Assembly (NCBI GenBank): GCA_963814325.1
Contig: CAWFCK010000002.1
Location: 141,581 to 205,580 of the forward strand
From: an uncultured Flavobacteriales bacterium
GTDB lineage: Bacteria > Bacteroidota > Bacteroidia > Flavobacteriales_F > PHOS-HE28
DNA: 64,000 nucleotides
Reading direction: 5' to 3'
Below, piece after piece: positions 20,859-31,513 of this stretch. The notes under the pieces were generated by a model. That model was given only the letters and a program-made list of their open reading frames with translations. It searched no databases and was not told the origin of the DNA. Each line of letters starts with the position of its first letter. Position 1 is the stretch's first letter. The position numbers were made by a program, and so were the translations under genes.

Positions 20859-21179
20859 TTACATGAACCCCAGCTCCAACTGCGCCGCCTCGCTCATCAT
20901 CGTGCGGTCCCAGGGCGGCTCGAAGGTGATCTCCACCTTGGCGCTGCTCACCCCTTGCACACCGGCCACTTTCTGCTCCACTTCGCCAGGCAGCGTTCCC
21001 GCCACCGGGCACGCCGGACTGGTCAAGGTCATCTTGATGTACACGCTGGCATCGTCGCGGATCACCACATCGTAGATCAGCCCCAGCTCGTAGATGTCCA
21101 CGGGGATCTCCGGGTCATAGATGGCCTTGAGCGCATTGATGATGCTCTCCTCCAGTTGTTTCTTCTCGTCGGGGGTCAT
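20859..21179 (-). CDS. SUF-associated DUF59 Fe-S assembly protein (SufT-like)
   Basis: YDPEIPVDIYELGLIY...MTLTSPACPVAG is the DUF59 signature. It is the last gene of the suf cluster. Confidence 0.8.
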   Translation of the reverse strand: MTPDEKKQLEESIINALKAIYDPEIPVDIYELGLIYDVVIRDDASVYIKMTLTSPACPVAGTLPGEVEQKVAGVQGVSSAKVEITFEPPWDRTMMSEAAQLELGFM

Positions 21180-21206
21180 GGGAGGGGAGTGGGGTGAAAT
21201 GCCGTC

Positions 21207-21284
21207 TCACGCAGAGGCGCAGAGGTCGCAGAGAATGCAAATACAACAGTGGACGCCCTCTGCGTTCTCTGCGCCTCTGCGTGA
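21207..21284. repeat. Imperfect inverted-repeat element built from GCAGAG/CTCTGC motifs (REP/MITE-like), in the sufE-DUF59 spacer
   Basis: tcacGCAGAGgcGCAGAGgtcGCAGAGaa ...20 nt... ccCTCTGCgttCTCTGCgcCTCTGCgtga. The outer 18 nt are perfectly complementary. Confidence 0.7.
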
Positions 21285-21300
21285 TGTGAATTCCTCTTCC

Positions 21301-21735
21301 TCATGCTCCTTCGCGTGAATTGGCCAAGTACGCCAGCGCATAGCGTTTCATCTGGTCGAGCATCGCCACCAGCCCGTTGCTGCGGTTCGGGCTCAGGTGT
21401 TCGCGCAGGCCGATGGTATCGATGAAGGTGAGCGGCGTGTCCAGGATCTCTTGTGGAGTGCGATCGTTCAGCACGCGCACGAGCAGGGCGATGAGGCCCT
21501 TGGTGATCATCGCGTCGCTGTCGGCGGTGAAGTGAACTAGGCCTTTCTTCTGTTCAGCGTTGAGCCAAACACGCGATTGGCAACCGCGCACGATGTTCTC
21601 CTCGGTCTTCTTCTCCGGCGCGATCAACGGCAGGTCCTTGCCCAGCTCGATCAGGTGCTCGTAGCGGTCCTGCCAGTCGCTGAACATGGCGAACTCATCC
21701 ACCACTTCTTGTTGGGCTTGGGTGATGGTGTTCAT
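21301..21735 (-). CDS. sufE: Cysteine desulfuration protein SufE
   Basis: GCQSRVWL active-site context. 144-aa intact ORF. Confidence 0.85.
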   Translation of the reverse strand: MNTITQAQQEVVDEFAMFSDWQDRYEHLIELGKDLPLIAPEKKTEENIVRGCQSRVWLNAEQKKGLVHFTADSDAMITKGLIALLVRVLNDRTPQEILDTPLTFIDTIGLREHLSPNRSNGLVAMLDQMKRYALAYLANSREGA

Positions 21736-21742
21736 AGGAGCA

Positions 21743-22218
21743 TCATTTCAGCGTATCGATACGCGTCAGCGTGCCGTCCTCGTCGTAGTACATCCACACC
21801 CCCGAATTCTTTCCATTGATCAGCCTGCCCTCCGTACTTCGCTGGCCGTTGGGATAGTAATAGAACGCATCGCCGGTTGAAGTGCTATCGAGGTTGACCA
21901 AACCCATGGGCTTTCCATTGGGATAGTATTCTACTACGTGTTGCTGCACAGCACCTGTTTTCAATTGCATACCGCCGACCAGTCCGGTGCTATCAACGAA
22001 GAAAGTCTTAATGATCTGAGTTGAATCGACATTCGCCGTTGTCACCGATCGCAGTCTTCCATTGGGGTAGTAATTCAAGTGGATCATCTTGTCCGGGTCC
22101 CTCGTCTTGACCGTGAGATCTGCGGTTTCAAGCGCTGGTTGCTTAACGGGTTTCGTGCAGGCAGCTGCCGTGATCAGAAATACGAACAGAGCCCGAGCGA
22201 TTTGGACCATTGTCATGT

Positions 22219-22222
<4 letters not shown>
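21743..22222 (-). CDS. Lipoprotein with MORN-variant/YwqK-like repeats, nested in the suf operon
   Basis: LFVFLITAAACTKP lipobox. Repeated YYPNG(x)... units. More AT-rich than the flanks by eye. The start abuts the sufS stop (22219-22221). Confidence 0.55.
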
Positions 22223-23456
<1,234 letters not shown>

Positions 23457-23460
<4 letters not shown>

Positions 23461-24074
23461 TCTTCCTGTGCTGGCAAGTGACTTCGATGCATGAGCGACC
23501 AATTCACCCCGGCCTTGGTATCGTAGGATACTACCCCAAGGCTATCCGACCAGTACACATAGGTCAGGTCAATAGAGTCGCGTGCGGTGCTTGCGTCGAA
23601 TCTCGGCACCTTGTAAACCGGGAAGGAATAGAGGCTGTCGAATGCTGTTGTCTGCTGATTTGCCCTGTCAATGGTTCCGATGAATCCCTCGAAGTAGATC
23701 TCTTCTGTTTGGACGTCGTCCGATAGGTGCAATCGGGTGCTCAGTAGTTGCTTCTCTTGTTCGTGGCTGATAGGATTCGTCATCAACCAATAGGGGAACC
23801 GGCCACCCCTATATGTGATTGCTGCCTCGGGCAAATTGTAGAAACTCATGGCTCCATCACCTCCGGTATGGTAGCTGAACTTTGATTCGATGACCATCGT
23901 GTCCTGTTGACCAAGGCTGCTCCCAAGGATGATCGTATCGCCAGGCTCATACGCACCATACGCGACCAGATCATCAGGGTCGAAATAGCGTTTGCAGCCA
24001 CTCAAACTCATGAGAAGCACCGAGCATCCCAGTGCTCCAATTGGTCGTCTGCCTATGTGCCCAAGTAGTCGCAT
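23457..24074 (-). CDS. Hypothetical lipoprotein nested between sufD and sufS
   Basis: 205-aa intact ORF with lipobox LMSLSGC. AT-richer than the flanks by eye. Its start is 2 bp below the sufD stop and its stop overlaps the sufS start. Confidence 0.5.
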
Positions 24075-24076
24075 CG

Positions 24077-25347
24077 ATCACAACAGGGCAAGTTTCGCAT
24101 CGATCAATCCCGCGAGGTGCTTCCGCCAATCCTCGTTCGTGATACGCTCCAGCACATCCGTCATGAACGCGTGCGAGAGCATCCGTCCGCGCTTCGGCTT
24201 CGCTCACTCCGCGTGAACGCAGGTAGAACAGGCCTTTCTCATCCAGGCGACCGATGGTGCAACCGTGGCTGCACTTCACATCGTCGGCATAGATCTCCAG
24301 TTCGGGCTTGGTGAAGATGCGCGCGTCATCACCTTGCAGGATGTTCGCATTGCTCTGGTAGGCGCGGGTGCGCTGTGCATCCTGCTTCACGTACACCTTG
24401 CCGTTGAACACGCCCGTGCCCTTCTCCGCGATGATGCCCTTGTAGAGCTCGTCGCTGGTGCAGTCCGGCACGTCGTGGCCGATGTAGGTGTGGTTGTCGC
24501 AGTGCGTGGTGCCGTTGAGGACGTACACGCCGTTCAGTTCGGCATGTGCTTCGGGACCGGCAAGAGCTACGTTCACTTCGTTGCGCACCAGCGAGCCGTT
24601 CAAGGTCGTGGTGTCGATGCTGAAACGTCCTTTTGCGCCGATCGTCACACCATCGAGACCGATGTGCGCGGGCCCGTTGGCTTCGTTCTGCAGCAGGTGG
24701 ATCGTGAGGTTCGCGCCTTCGCCGACAACGCTCTCACGAACGCTGTTCACCAACGAGGATGAAGCATCGCTCCCGATGTGTTCAACTGATGACCTCAACC
24801 ATTGCGCCTTCGTGCAGCATGAACAGGTCGCGCGGCTGGATCAATTGCTGGCCGCTCGTTGTGATGTGCAGCACATGGATCGGCTTGCTCGTCTTCGTGC
24901 CTTTGGTGGCGAGGATGATCAGGCCGTCGGTGGGCGCGGCGGTGTTCATCGCCGTGAAGAGGCGATCGCCGATGGGCGCGACCTGTCCGTAGTGGGTCTT
25001 CACCGGGCCGTGTGCCAGGTGGTGCTTCAGGCTGTCGATGACGATGCCCTTGTCAGCTTTCAGGTCATCGCTGAGGTCAGCGCGGAAGTGGCCGTTCACG
25101 AAGACGACGCGGGTGGCGTCGAAGGGCAGGCGGGCAGGCAAGTGCAACGGTCGCATCACCCTTGGGCGCGGTGTACGGCATCCTTGAACAGCTTGCCGAC
25201 GCGGGTGTATTTCCACGCCTCGGTCTTGATGCTCGGAACGGGAAGCGCGTGTGCTTGCGCCAGTGCTTCAGCAGCGCCGGGCCAGGTGGAGCCTTCGAGC
25301 AGCGGCAGCACGGTGGCCTTGGGGTCTAGTGCAGTTGCTGTGCTCAT
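24077..25347 (-). CDS. sufD: Fe-S cluster assembly protein SufD; at least 3 frame breaks
   Basis: N-terminus in ORF 25156..25389 (from MSTATAL, ATG 25347), middle in 24782..25216, core in 23974..24798 (TKPELEIYADDVKCSHGCTIG). The true C-terminus (KPKRGRMLSHAFMTDVLERI...LALL, stop 24077) is in another frame. Confidence 0.8.
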
Positions 25348-25355
25348 GGCTTCGC

Positions 25356-25382
25356 GGGTCGACCCAGTGGGTCGACGGTACA
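25356..25382. repeat. GGGTCGACCC-type hairpin repeat, copy in the sufC-sufD spacer
   Basis: cGGGTCGACCCagtGGGTCGACggtaca. On the mRNA strand GUCGACCC-acu-GGGUCGAC forms an 8-bp GC stem 9 nt upstream of the sufD AUG. Confidence 0.65.
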
Positions 25383-25446
25383 GGTGCATTTATCGCGGCC
25401 AAGGCATTCCATTTTCTGATCGTCTGATCTTCTCATCATCTGATCA

Positions 25447-26196
<750 letters not shown>

Positions 26197-26215
26197 GGTT
26201 CGTCTGCTATCGTTC

Positions 26216-26242
26216 GGGTCGACCCGATGGGTCGACGCTACA
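26216..26242. repeat. GGGTCGACCC-type hairpin repeat, copy in the sufB-sufC spacer
   Basis: cGGGTCGACCCgatGGGTCGACgctaca. About 85 percent identical to the 25356..25382 copy, in the same orientation, 19 nt upstream of the sufC AUG. Confidence 0.65.
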
Positions 26243-26247
26243 TGTGG

Positions 26248-27696
26248 TTATCCTACAGATCCTTCAAGGCTTACAGCCAAGAGCTTCTGGGCTTCAACCG
26301 CGAACTCCATCGGCAACTGGTTCAGCACCTCTTTGCAATACCCGTTCACGATCAGGCTCACGGCCTTCTCCGTCTCGATGCCACGCTGGTTGAGGTAGAA
26401 GATCTGGTCCTCGCCGATCTTGCTCGTGGTGGCCTCGTGCTCCACCATCGCGGTCGGGTTCTCGCTCTCGATGTAGGGGAAGGTGTGCGCGCCGCAGCGG
26501 TCGCCGAGCAGCAGTGAATCGCACTGGCTGAAGTTGCGTGCGCCCTTCGCGCCCTTGCCGATCTTCACCAGGCCGCGGTAGCTGTTGTTGGAAAAGCCCG
26601 CGCTGATGCCCTTGCTCACGATGGTGCTCTTCGTGCCCTTGCCGATGTGGGTCATCTTGGTGCCCGTGTCGGCCTGCTGGCGGTTGTTCGTCACCGCCAC
26701 GCTGTAGAACTCGCCGGTGCTGTAGTCGCCTTTCAGCACGCAGCTCGGGTACTTCCACGTGATCGCGCTGCCGGTCTCCACCTGCGTCCAGCTGATCTTG
26801 CTGCGATCGCCGAGGCACATGCCGCGCTTGGTGACGAAGTTGTAGATGCCGCCCTTGCCGTCCTTGTCGCCGGGGTACCAGTTCTGGACGGTGCTGTACT
26901 TGATCTCCGCGTCCTTCAACGCGACGAGTTCCACCACGGCGGCGTGCAGCTGGTGCTCGTCGCGGATGGGTGCGGTGCAGCCTTCGAGGTAGCTCACGTA
27001 GGCGCCTTCATCGGCGATCAGCAACGTGCGCTCGAACTGGCCGGTCATGGCCTCGTTGATGCGGAAGTAGGTGCTGAGCTCCATGGGGCAGCGCACGCCC
27101 GGCGGGATGTAGCAGAAACTGCCATCGCTGAACACGGCGCTGTTGAGCGCGGCGAAGTAGTTGTCCGTGCGCGGCACCACGCTGCCGAGGTACTTCTTGA
27201 TCAGGTCGGGATGCTCATGCACCGCGTCGCTGAACGAGCAGAAGATGATGCCCTTCTCTTTCAGCGCCGCTTGGAACGTGGTCTTCACGCTCACGCTGTC
27301 GAACACGATGTCCACCGCGACACCGGCGAGGCGCTTCTGCTCCTCCATGCTGATGCCCAGCTTCTCGAAGGTCTTGATCAACTCGGGATCCGCTTCGTCA
27401 AGGCTGTTGAGCGTAGGCTTCTTCTTCGGTGCGCTGTAGTAGTAGCTGTTCTGGTAGTCGATCTTCGGATAGGCGACGTGCGCCCAGTGCGGCTCCTCCA
27501 TCTTCAGCCAGATGCGGTAGGCCTCGAGCCTCCACTCCAGCATCCACTCCGGCTCGTTCTTCTTCTTGCTGATGAAGCGCACGATGTCCTCGTTCAGCCC
27601 CTTCGCGGCCTTCTCGCTCTCGATGTCGGTAACGAAGCCGTAGGCGTACTCTTTCGAGGTGACCTCGCGGAGGATATCGTCGGTGTCTTGTGCCAT
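26248..27696 (-). CDS. sufB: Fe-S cluster assembly scaffold SufB
   Basis: Starts at [12 protein letters not shown] (ATG 27696) inside the 632-aa ORF 26248..28146. Canonical SufB sequence throughout ([25 protein letters not shown]). No frame breaks. Confidence 0.95.
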   Translation of the reverse strand: MAQDTDDILREVTSKEYAYGFVTDIESEKAAKGLNEDIVRFISKKKNEPEWMLEWRLEAYRIWLKMEEPHWAHVAYPKIDYQNSYYYSAPKKKPTLNSLDEADPELIKTFEKLGISMEEQKRLAGVAVDIVFDSVSVKTTFQAALKEKGIIFCSFSDAVHEHPDLIKKYLGSVVPRTDNYFAALNSAVFSDGSFCYIPPGVRCPMELSTYFRINEAMTGQFERTLLIADEGAYVSYLEGCTAPIRDEHQLHAAVVELVALKDAEIKYSTVQNWYPGDKDGKGGIYNFVTKRGMCLGDRSKISWTQVETGSAITWKYPSCVLKGDYSTGEFYSVAVTNNRQQADTGTKMTHIGKGTKSTIVSKGISAGFSNNSYRGLVKIGKGAKGARNFSQCDSLLLGDRCGAHTFPYIESENPTAMVEHEATTSKIGEDQIFYLNQRGIETEKAVSLIVNGYCKEVLNQLPMEFAVEAQKLLAVSLEGSVG

Positions 27697-27703
27697 TGAA
27701 TGC

Positions 27704-27817
27704 TTCACCGCAGAGGCACGGAGGACACAGAGAATTCGGATTCCCTGTTCGATCGTGGTGCTTGTGTGGACTTTGCCATTTGAATTTCCTCTGTGCGCTC
27801 TGTGTCTCTGTGGTGAA
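27704..27817. repeat. Imperfect inverted-repeat element built from CAGAG/CTCTG motifs, in the carrier-sufB spacer
   Basis: ttcaccGCAGAGgcacgGAGgaCACAGAGaattc ...44 nt... gaatttcCTCTGTGcgCTCTGTGtCTCTGTGgtgaa. The arms are about 80 percent complementary and belong to the same motif family as 21207..21284. Confidence 0.7.
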
Positions 27818-27818
27818 C

Positions 27819-28146
27819 TCAGATCTGAAAAGCTTTCCCCACACCCACAGGTCCGGCTCGCGTTCGGATTCACGAACTGGAATCCCTTGCCGTTGAGGCC
27901 GCCGCTGAAGTCGAGCGTGGTGCCGAGCAGGTAGAGCAGGCTCTTCTTGTCCACCACCACCTTCACGCCGTTGTCCTCAAAAACCTTGTCGCCGTCCTTC
28001 ATCTGGTCGTCGAAGTCGAGGTCGTACATCAGGCCCGAGCAGCCGCCACCCTTCACGCCCACGCGCACGAAATGGTCAGGTCCCCGGCCCTCCATGCCGA
28101 GGAGCTTGGTCACCTCCGCTTTCGCGTTCTCACTGACCTTTATCAT
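27819..28146 (-). CDS. A-type Fe-S carrier (IscA/SufA/ErpA, HesB family); no in-frame stop as sequenced
   Basis: [12 protein letters not shown]...[11 protein letters not shown]...CGCGESFS. The frame then reads straight through the repeat into sufB. A TGA at 27821..27819 becomes in-frame if one base of the TCAGATC run is an insertion. Confidence 0.8.
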
Positions 28147-28159
28147 GGCTTGTCGTTCT

Positions 28160-28180
28160 TATTTAGAATCAGTCTAAACA
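28160..28180. promoter_or_regulatory. Operator-like palindrome (TATTTAGAAtcaGTCTAAACA) in the suf leader
   Basis: Lies between the minus-strand -7 box (28199..28192) and the carrier-gene ATG (28146). 17 of 21 positions are identical to the palindrome at 45956..45976. Confidence 0.5.
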
Positions 28181-28191
28181 ACACTTGGAAG

Positions 28192-28199
28192 CAAAGGTA
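28192..28199 (-). promoter_or_regulatory. Bacteroidota-type -7 promoter box (TAccTTTG) for the suf operon
   Basis: Perfect match to TAnnTTTG on the minus strand, 46 nt upstream of ATG 28146. Confidence 0.45.
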
Positions 28200-28369
28200 C
28201 AGCCCAAATGGCTTAGGGCAATGGGTCGCAACAGAACACTTGAATGGACGAGTAGTTCGGCCAGCCCCCCACTGTTCTTGCAGGGTCATACGGCCTTGCT
28301 GCGCCAACAAGCCGTGGACCTTTCAACCACTGAGCACGAGCAGCATGGGCCCTGCGTAGCCGATGGGAA

Positions 28370-28377
28370 TAGCTTTG
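28370..28377 (+). promoter_or_regulatory. -7 promoter box (TAgcTTTG) for the M13 peptidase gene
   Basis: Perfect TAnnTTTG match 21 nt upstream of ATG 28398. Confidence 0.4.
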
Positions 28378-28397
28378 CGCCCCATTTTCACCTGTAC

Positions 28398-30473
28398 ATG
28401 AACGCACGCTCCGCTTTTATGGTGGCCATCGCAACGCTGGGTCTGGCCGCCTGCACCACATCGCCGAAAGAGGAAACGACCGCCCAAGCCCCGGCCGTTC
28501 CCGCCTTCGACATGGCCACCATGGACACCACCATGGCGCCGTGCGCCGACTTCGACACGTATGTCAACGGCACCTGGAAGACGAACAATCCGGTGCCTTC
28601 CACTGAATCGCGCTGGGGCTCGTTCGTGATCCTGGCGAAGGAGAACCTGGAAGTGAAGGTGAAGGGCATCATCGATGAGGTGATGGCGAAGAAGGATGCG
28701 AAGAAGGGCTCCGAGGACCAGTTGATCGCGGACATGTACCGCTCGTTCATGGACACGTTGACCGTGGAGAAGCTGGGCGCAACGCCGCTGAAGCCCTACT
28801 TCGATCGCATCGACGCGATCAAGGACCTGAAGGATTACGCTGCGCTGTGCGGTGAGTACGGCAAGATCGGCGTGCGGCAATTCGTGGGGTTCCAGGCCGA
28901 GGCTGACATGCAGCATAGCGACATGAACGCGCTTTACAGCGGGCAGGACGGCCTGAGCCTGGGCGAGCGCAGCTACTATGAGAAGACGGATTCCGGCATG
29001 ATGAACATCCGCGCCGAGTTCGTGAAGCATGTGGACACGCTCTTCACGCTGGCCGGAATGCCGATGAAGGACGCCGGCAGGACCATCCTCGCGTTCGAGA
29101 CGGGCCTCGCCAAGTTGCAGCTCACCAACATCCAGACGCGCAACCCGGACATCTACAAGCGCATCGCCTTCGCCGACTACGCGAAGCTCTCACCGAAGAT
29201 CGACCTCAACGCATGGGCCAAGGCCGAAGGCATCAATGTTCCGGACAGCCTCTTGCTCGAGGACCGCACGTATGTGGAAAAAGCATCGGCCTATGTGGCG
29301 GCCGCACCCATGGCCACCGTGAAGCTCTGGATGAAGTGGAAGGTGCTTGCGGCCTATGCCGGCTCGTTGAACAAGGCCATCGACCAGGAGGCGTTCCACT
29401 TCAACAGCACGGTGATGGCCGGTACCAAGCAGCAACGCACCCGCGCCGAGCGCGCCCTACGCGTGACCAATGGCCTGCTGGGCGAGCCGCTCGGCAAGCT
29501 CTACGCCGACCGTTTCTTCCCCGCCTCTTCGCGCAAGCGTGTGGAGGACATGATCGAGAACGTGCGCAAGGTCTATGGCGAGCGCATCGACGGTCTCGCG
29601 TGGATGTCGCCCGAGACCAAGGTGAAGGCGCATGAGAAACTGGCGGCGTTCACCACCAAGATCGGCTACCCTGATGTGTGGAAGGATTACAGCATGGTGG
29701 ACATCACGCCGACCACGCTCGTACAGAACACCATGAACATGGCGGCCTGGCGCGCCAACGACAACCTCTCCCGCGTGGGCAAGCCCGTGGATCCGAAGGA
29801 GTGGGGCATGACGCCGCAGACGGTGAACGCCTACTACAACCCATCACGCAACGAAGTGGTGTTCCCCGCCGGCATCCTGCAGCCGCCCTTCTTCAATGCA
29901 GATGCGGATGATGCGATCAACTACGGCGGCATCATCACCGTGATCGGTCATGAGCTCACGCACGGCTTCGATGATCAGGGCGCCAAGTTCGATGCGAAGG
30001 GTAACCTGGTGGACTGGTGGACCGCGGAGGACAAGCAGAACTTCAACGCGCTCTCGCAGAAGCTGATCACGTACTTCGATGGCATCGAGGCGATGCCCGG
30101 CATGCACATCAAAGGTGGCCTCACCGTGGGCGAGAACATCGCCGACCTGGGTGGCCTTACGTTGAGCTACTACGCCTTGGTGAAGTCCATGGAAGGCAAG
30201 CCGGAGCCGCCGCTGGTGGATGGCTTCAGCTGGAAGCAGCGCTTCTTCCTCGGCTACGGCCAGATCTGGCGGCAGAACATCACGGACCAGGAGCTGCGTC
30301 GCCGTTTGGAGATGGATACTCACAGCCCCGGCCGCTATCGCGTGAACGCCACGCTGGGCCAGCTGAAGGAGTTCGCCGATGTGTGGTGTCCCGGCGGTGG
30401 CCCCATGCTGGTTACGGACAGCGCCCGCGTGGTGATCTGGTCGATCGCAACCTTCCGAAGGAACACGCCATGA
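28398..30473 (+). CDS. pepO: M13 family metallopeptidase (PepO/endothelin-converting-enzyme-like) lipoprotein
   Basis: HELTHGFD and GENIADLGG motifs. Lipobox LGLAACT after MNARSAF (ATG 28398). The ORF continues 10 codons past the usual ...VVIW terminus and overlaps the thiL start (ATGA). Confidence 0.9.
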   Translation: MNARSAFMVAIATLGLAACTTSPKEETTAQAPAVPAFDMATMDTTMAPCADFDTYVNGTWKTNNPVPSTESRWGSFVILAKENLEVKVKGIIDEVMAKKDAKKGSEDQLIADMYRSFMDTLTVEKLGATPLKPYFDRIDAIKDLKDYAALCGEYGKIGVRQFVGFQAEADMQHSDMNALYSGQDGLSLGERSYYEKTDSGMMNIRAEFVKHVDTLFTLAGMPMKDAGRTILAFETGLAKLQLTNIQTRNPDIYKRIAFADYAKLSPKIDLNAWAKAEGINVPDSLLLEDRTYVEKASAYVAAAPMATVKLWMKWKVLAAYAGSLNKAIDQEAFHFNSTVMAGTKQQRTRAERALRVTNGLLGEPLGKLYADRFFPASSRKRVEDMIENVRKVYGERIDGLAWMSPETKVKAHEKLAAFTTKIGYPDVWKDYSMVDITPTTLVQNTMNMAAWRANDNLSRVGKPVDPKEWGMTPQTVNAYYNPSRNEVVFPAGILQPPFFNADADDAINYGGIITVIGHELTHGFDDQGAKFDAKGNLVDWWTAEDKQNFNALSQKLITYFDGIEAMPGMHIKGGLTVGENIADLGGLTLSYYALVKSMEGKPEPPLVDGFSWKQRFFLGYGQIWRQNITDQELRRRLEMDTHSPGRYRVNATLGQLKEFADVWCPGGGPMLVTDSARVVIWSIATFRRNTP

Positions 30474-31513
30474 CCGACAGCACCTCCCGCACCGAACTCT
30501 CCGCACTCGGCGAGTTCGGCCTCATCGAGCGCCTCGCATCGCGCATTCATCTGGCGCATCCTTCGTCTGTGAAGGGCATCGGCGACGATGCCGCGGTGAT
30601 CGATCCGCAAGGCCTGCACCAGGTGGTCACTACCGATATGCTGGTAGAGGGGGTGCACTTCGATCTGGGTTATGTGCCCTTGAAGCATCTTGGCTACAAG
30701 GCCATCGTGGTGAACCTGAGCGATGTGTACGCGATGAACGCGCAGCCGCAGCAGGTGCTGGTGGCGCTGGCGATCAGCAACCGCTTTCCGGTGGAGGCGG
30801 TGGATGAGCTGTACGAAGGCATGCTGCTGGCCTGCGCGCACTACGGCGTTGATCTGGTGGGCGGCGATACATGCAGCAGCAACAGCGGCCTGATCATCAG
30901 CATCACCGCGATCGGCGGGGCGAAGCAGGAGGACATCGTGTACCGCAGCGGCGCGAAGGAGAACGACCTGCTGGTGGTGAGCGGCGACCTCGGTGGTGCC
31001 TTCATGGGCCTGCAGGTGCTGGAGCGCGAGAAGGCCGTGTTCAAGGAGACCGGCGCGCAGCCCGACCTCGTGGGGCACGACTACATCCTCGAACGGCAGT
31101 TAAAGCCTGAGGCCCGTAAGGACATCATCGAGCTGTTAAAGAAGCTCGACGTGAAGCCTACGAGCATGATCGACATCAGCGACGGGCTGGCGAGCGAGGC
31201 CATCCACATAGCGCGCAGTTCGGGTCTGGGTGTGCGCATCTTCGACGACAAGCTGCCCATCGATCCCGGCACCTACCAGACCGCGCGCGACTTCAACCTC
31301 GATCCCACCACCTGCGCGCTGAACGGCGGCGAGGACTACGAACTGCTGTTTACCATTCCGCTCGCGGACCACGACAAGATCAAGGGCAATCCGAACCTCA
31401 CGGTGGTCGGCCATATGACCGACAAGCACAGCGGCTACGCGCTCATCGACAAACAGGGTGGCCAGCACGAGCTCACGGCCCAGGGCTGGGATGCGTTCCT
31501 GAAAAAGGGCTGA
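30470..31513 (+). CDS. thiL: Thiamine-monophosphate kinase
   Basis: GEFGLIERL, GIGDDAAVI, GGDTCSS and ALNGGEDYELLFT motifs. Starts at MTDSTSR within ORF 30017..31513. Confidence 0.9.
   Translation: MTDSTSRTELSALGEFGLIERLASRIHLAHPSSVKGIGDDAAVIDPQGLHQVVTTDMLVEGVHFDLGYVPLKHLGYKAIVVNLSDVYAMNAQPQQVLVALAISNRFPVEAVDELYEGMLLACAHYGVDLVGGDTCSSNSGLIISITAIGGAKQEDIVYRSGAKENDLLVVSGDLGGAFMGLQVLEREKAVFKETGAQPDLVGHDYILERQLKPEARKDIIELLKKLDVKPTSMIDISDGLASEAIHIARSSGLGVRIFDDKLPIDPGTYQTARDFNLDPTTCALNGGEDYELLFTIPLADHDKIKGNPNLTVVGHMTDKHSGYALIDKQGGQHELTAQGWDAFLKKG

Noticed and set aside
26248-28146. Treating the 632-aa ORF as one natural IscA-SufB fusion protein
   Set aside because: Both halves are complete canonical proteins. 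The linker is a translated repeat element, and a stop lies 1 nt out of frame. It is kept as a low-interest finding rather than a feature.
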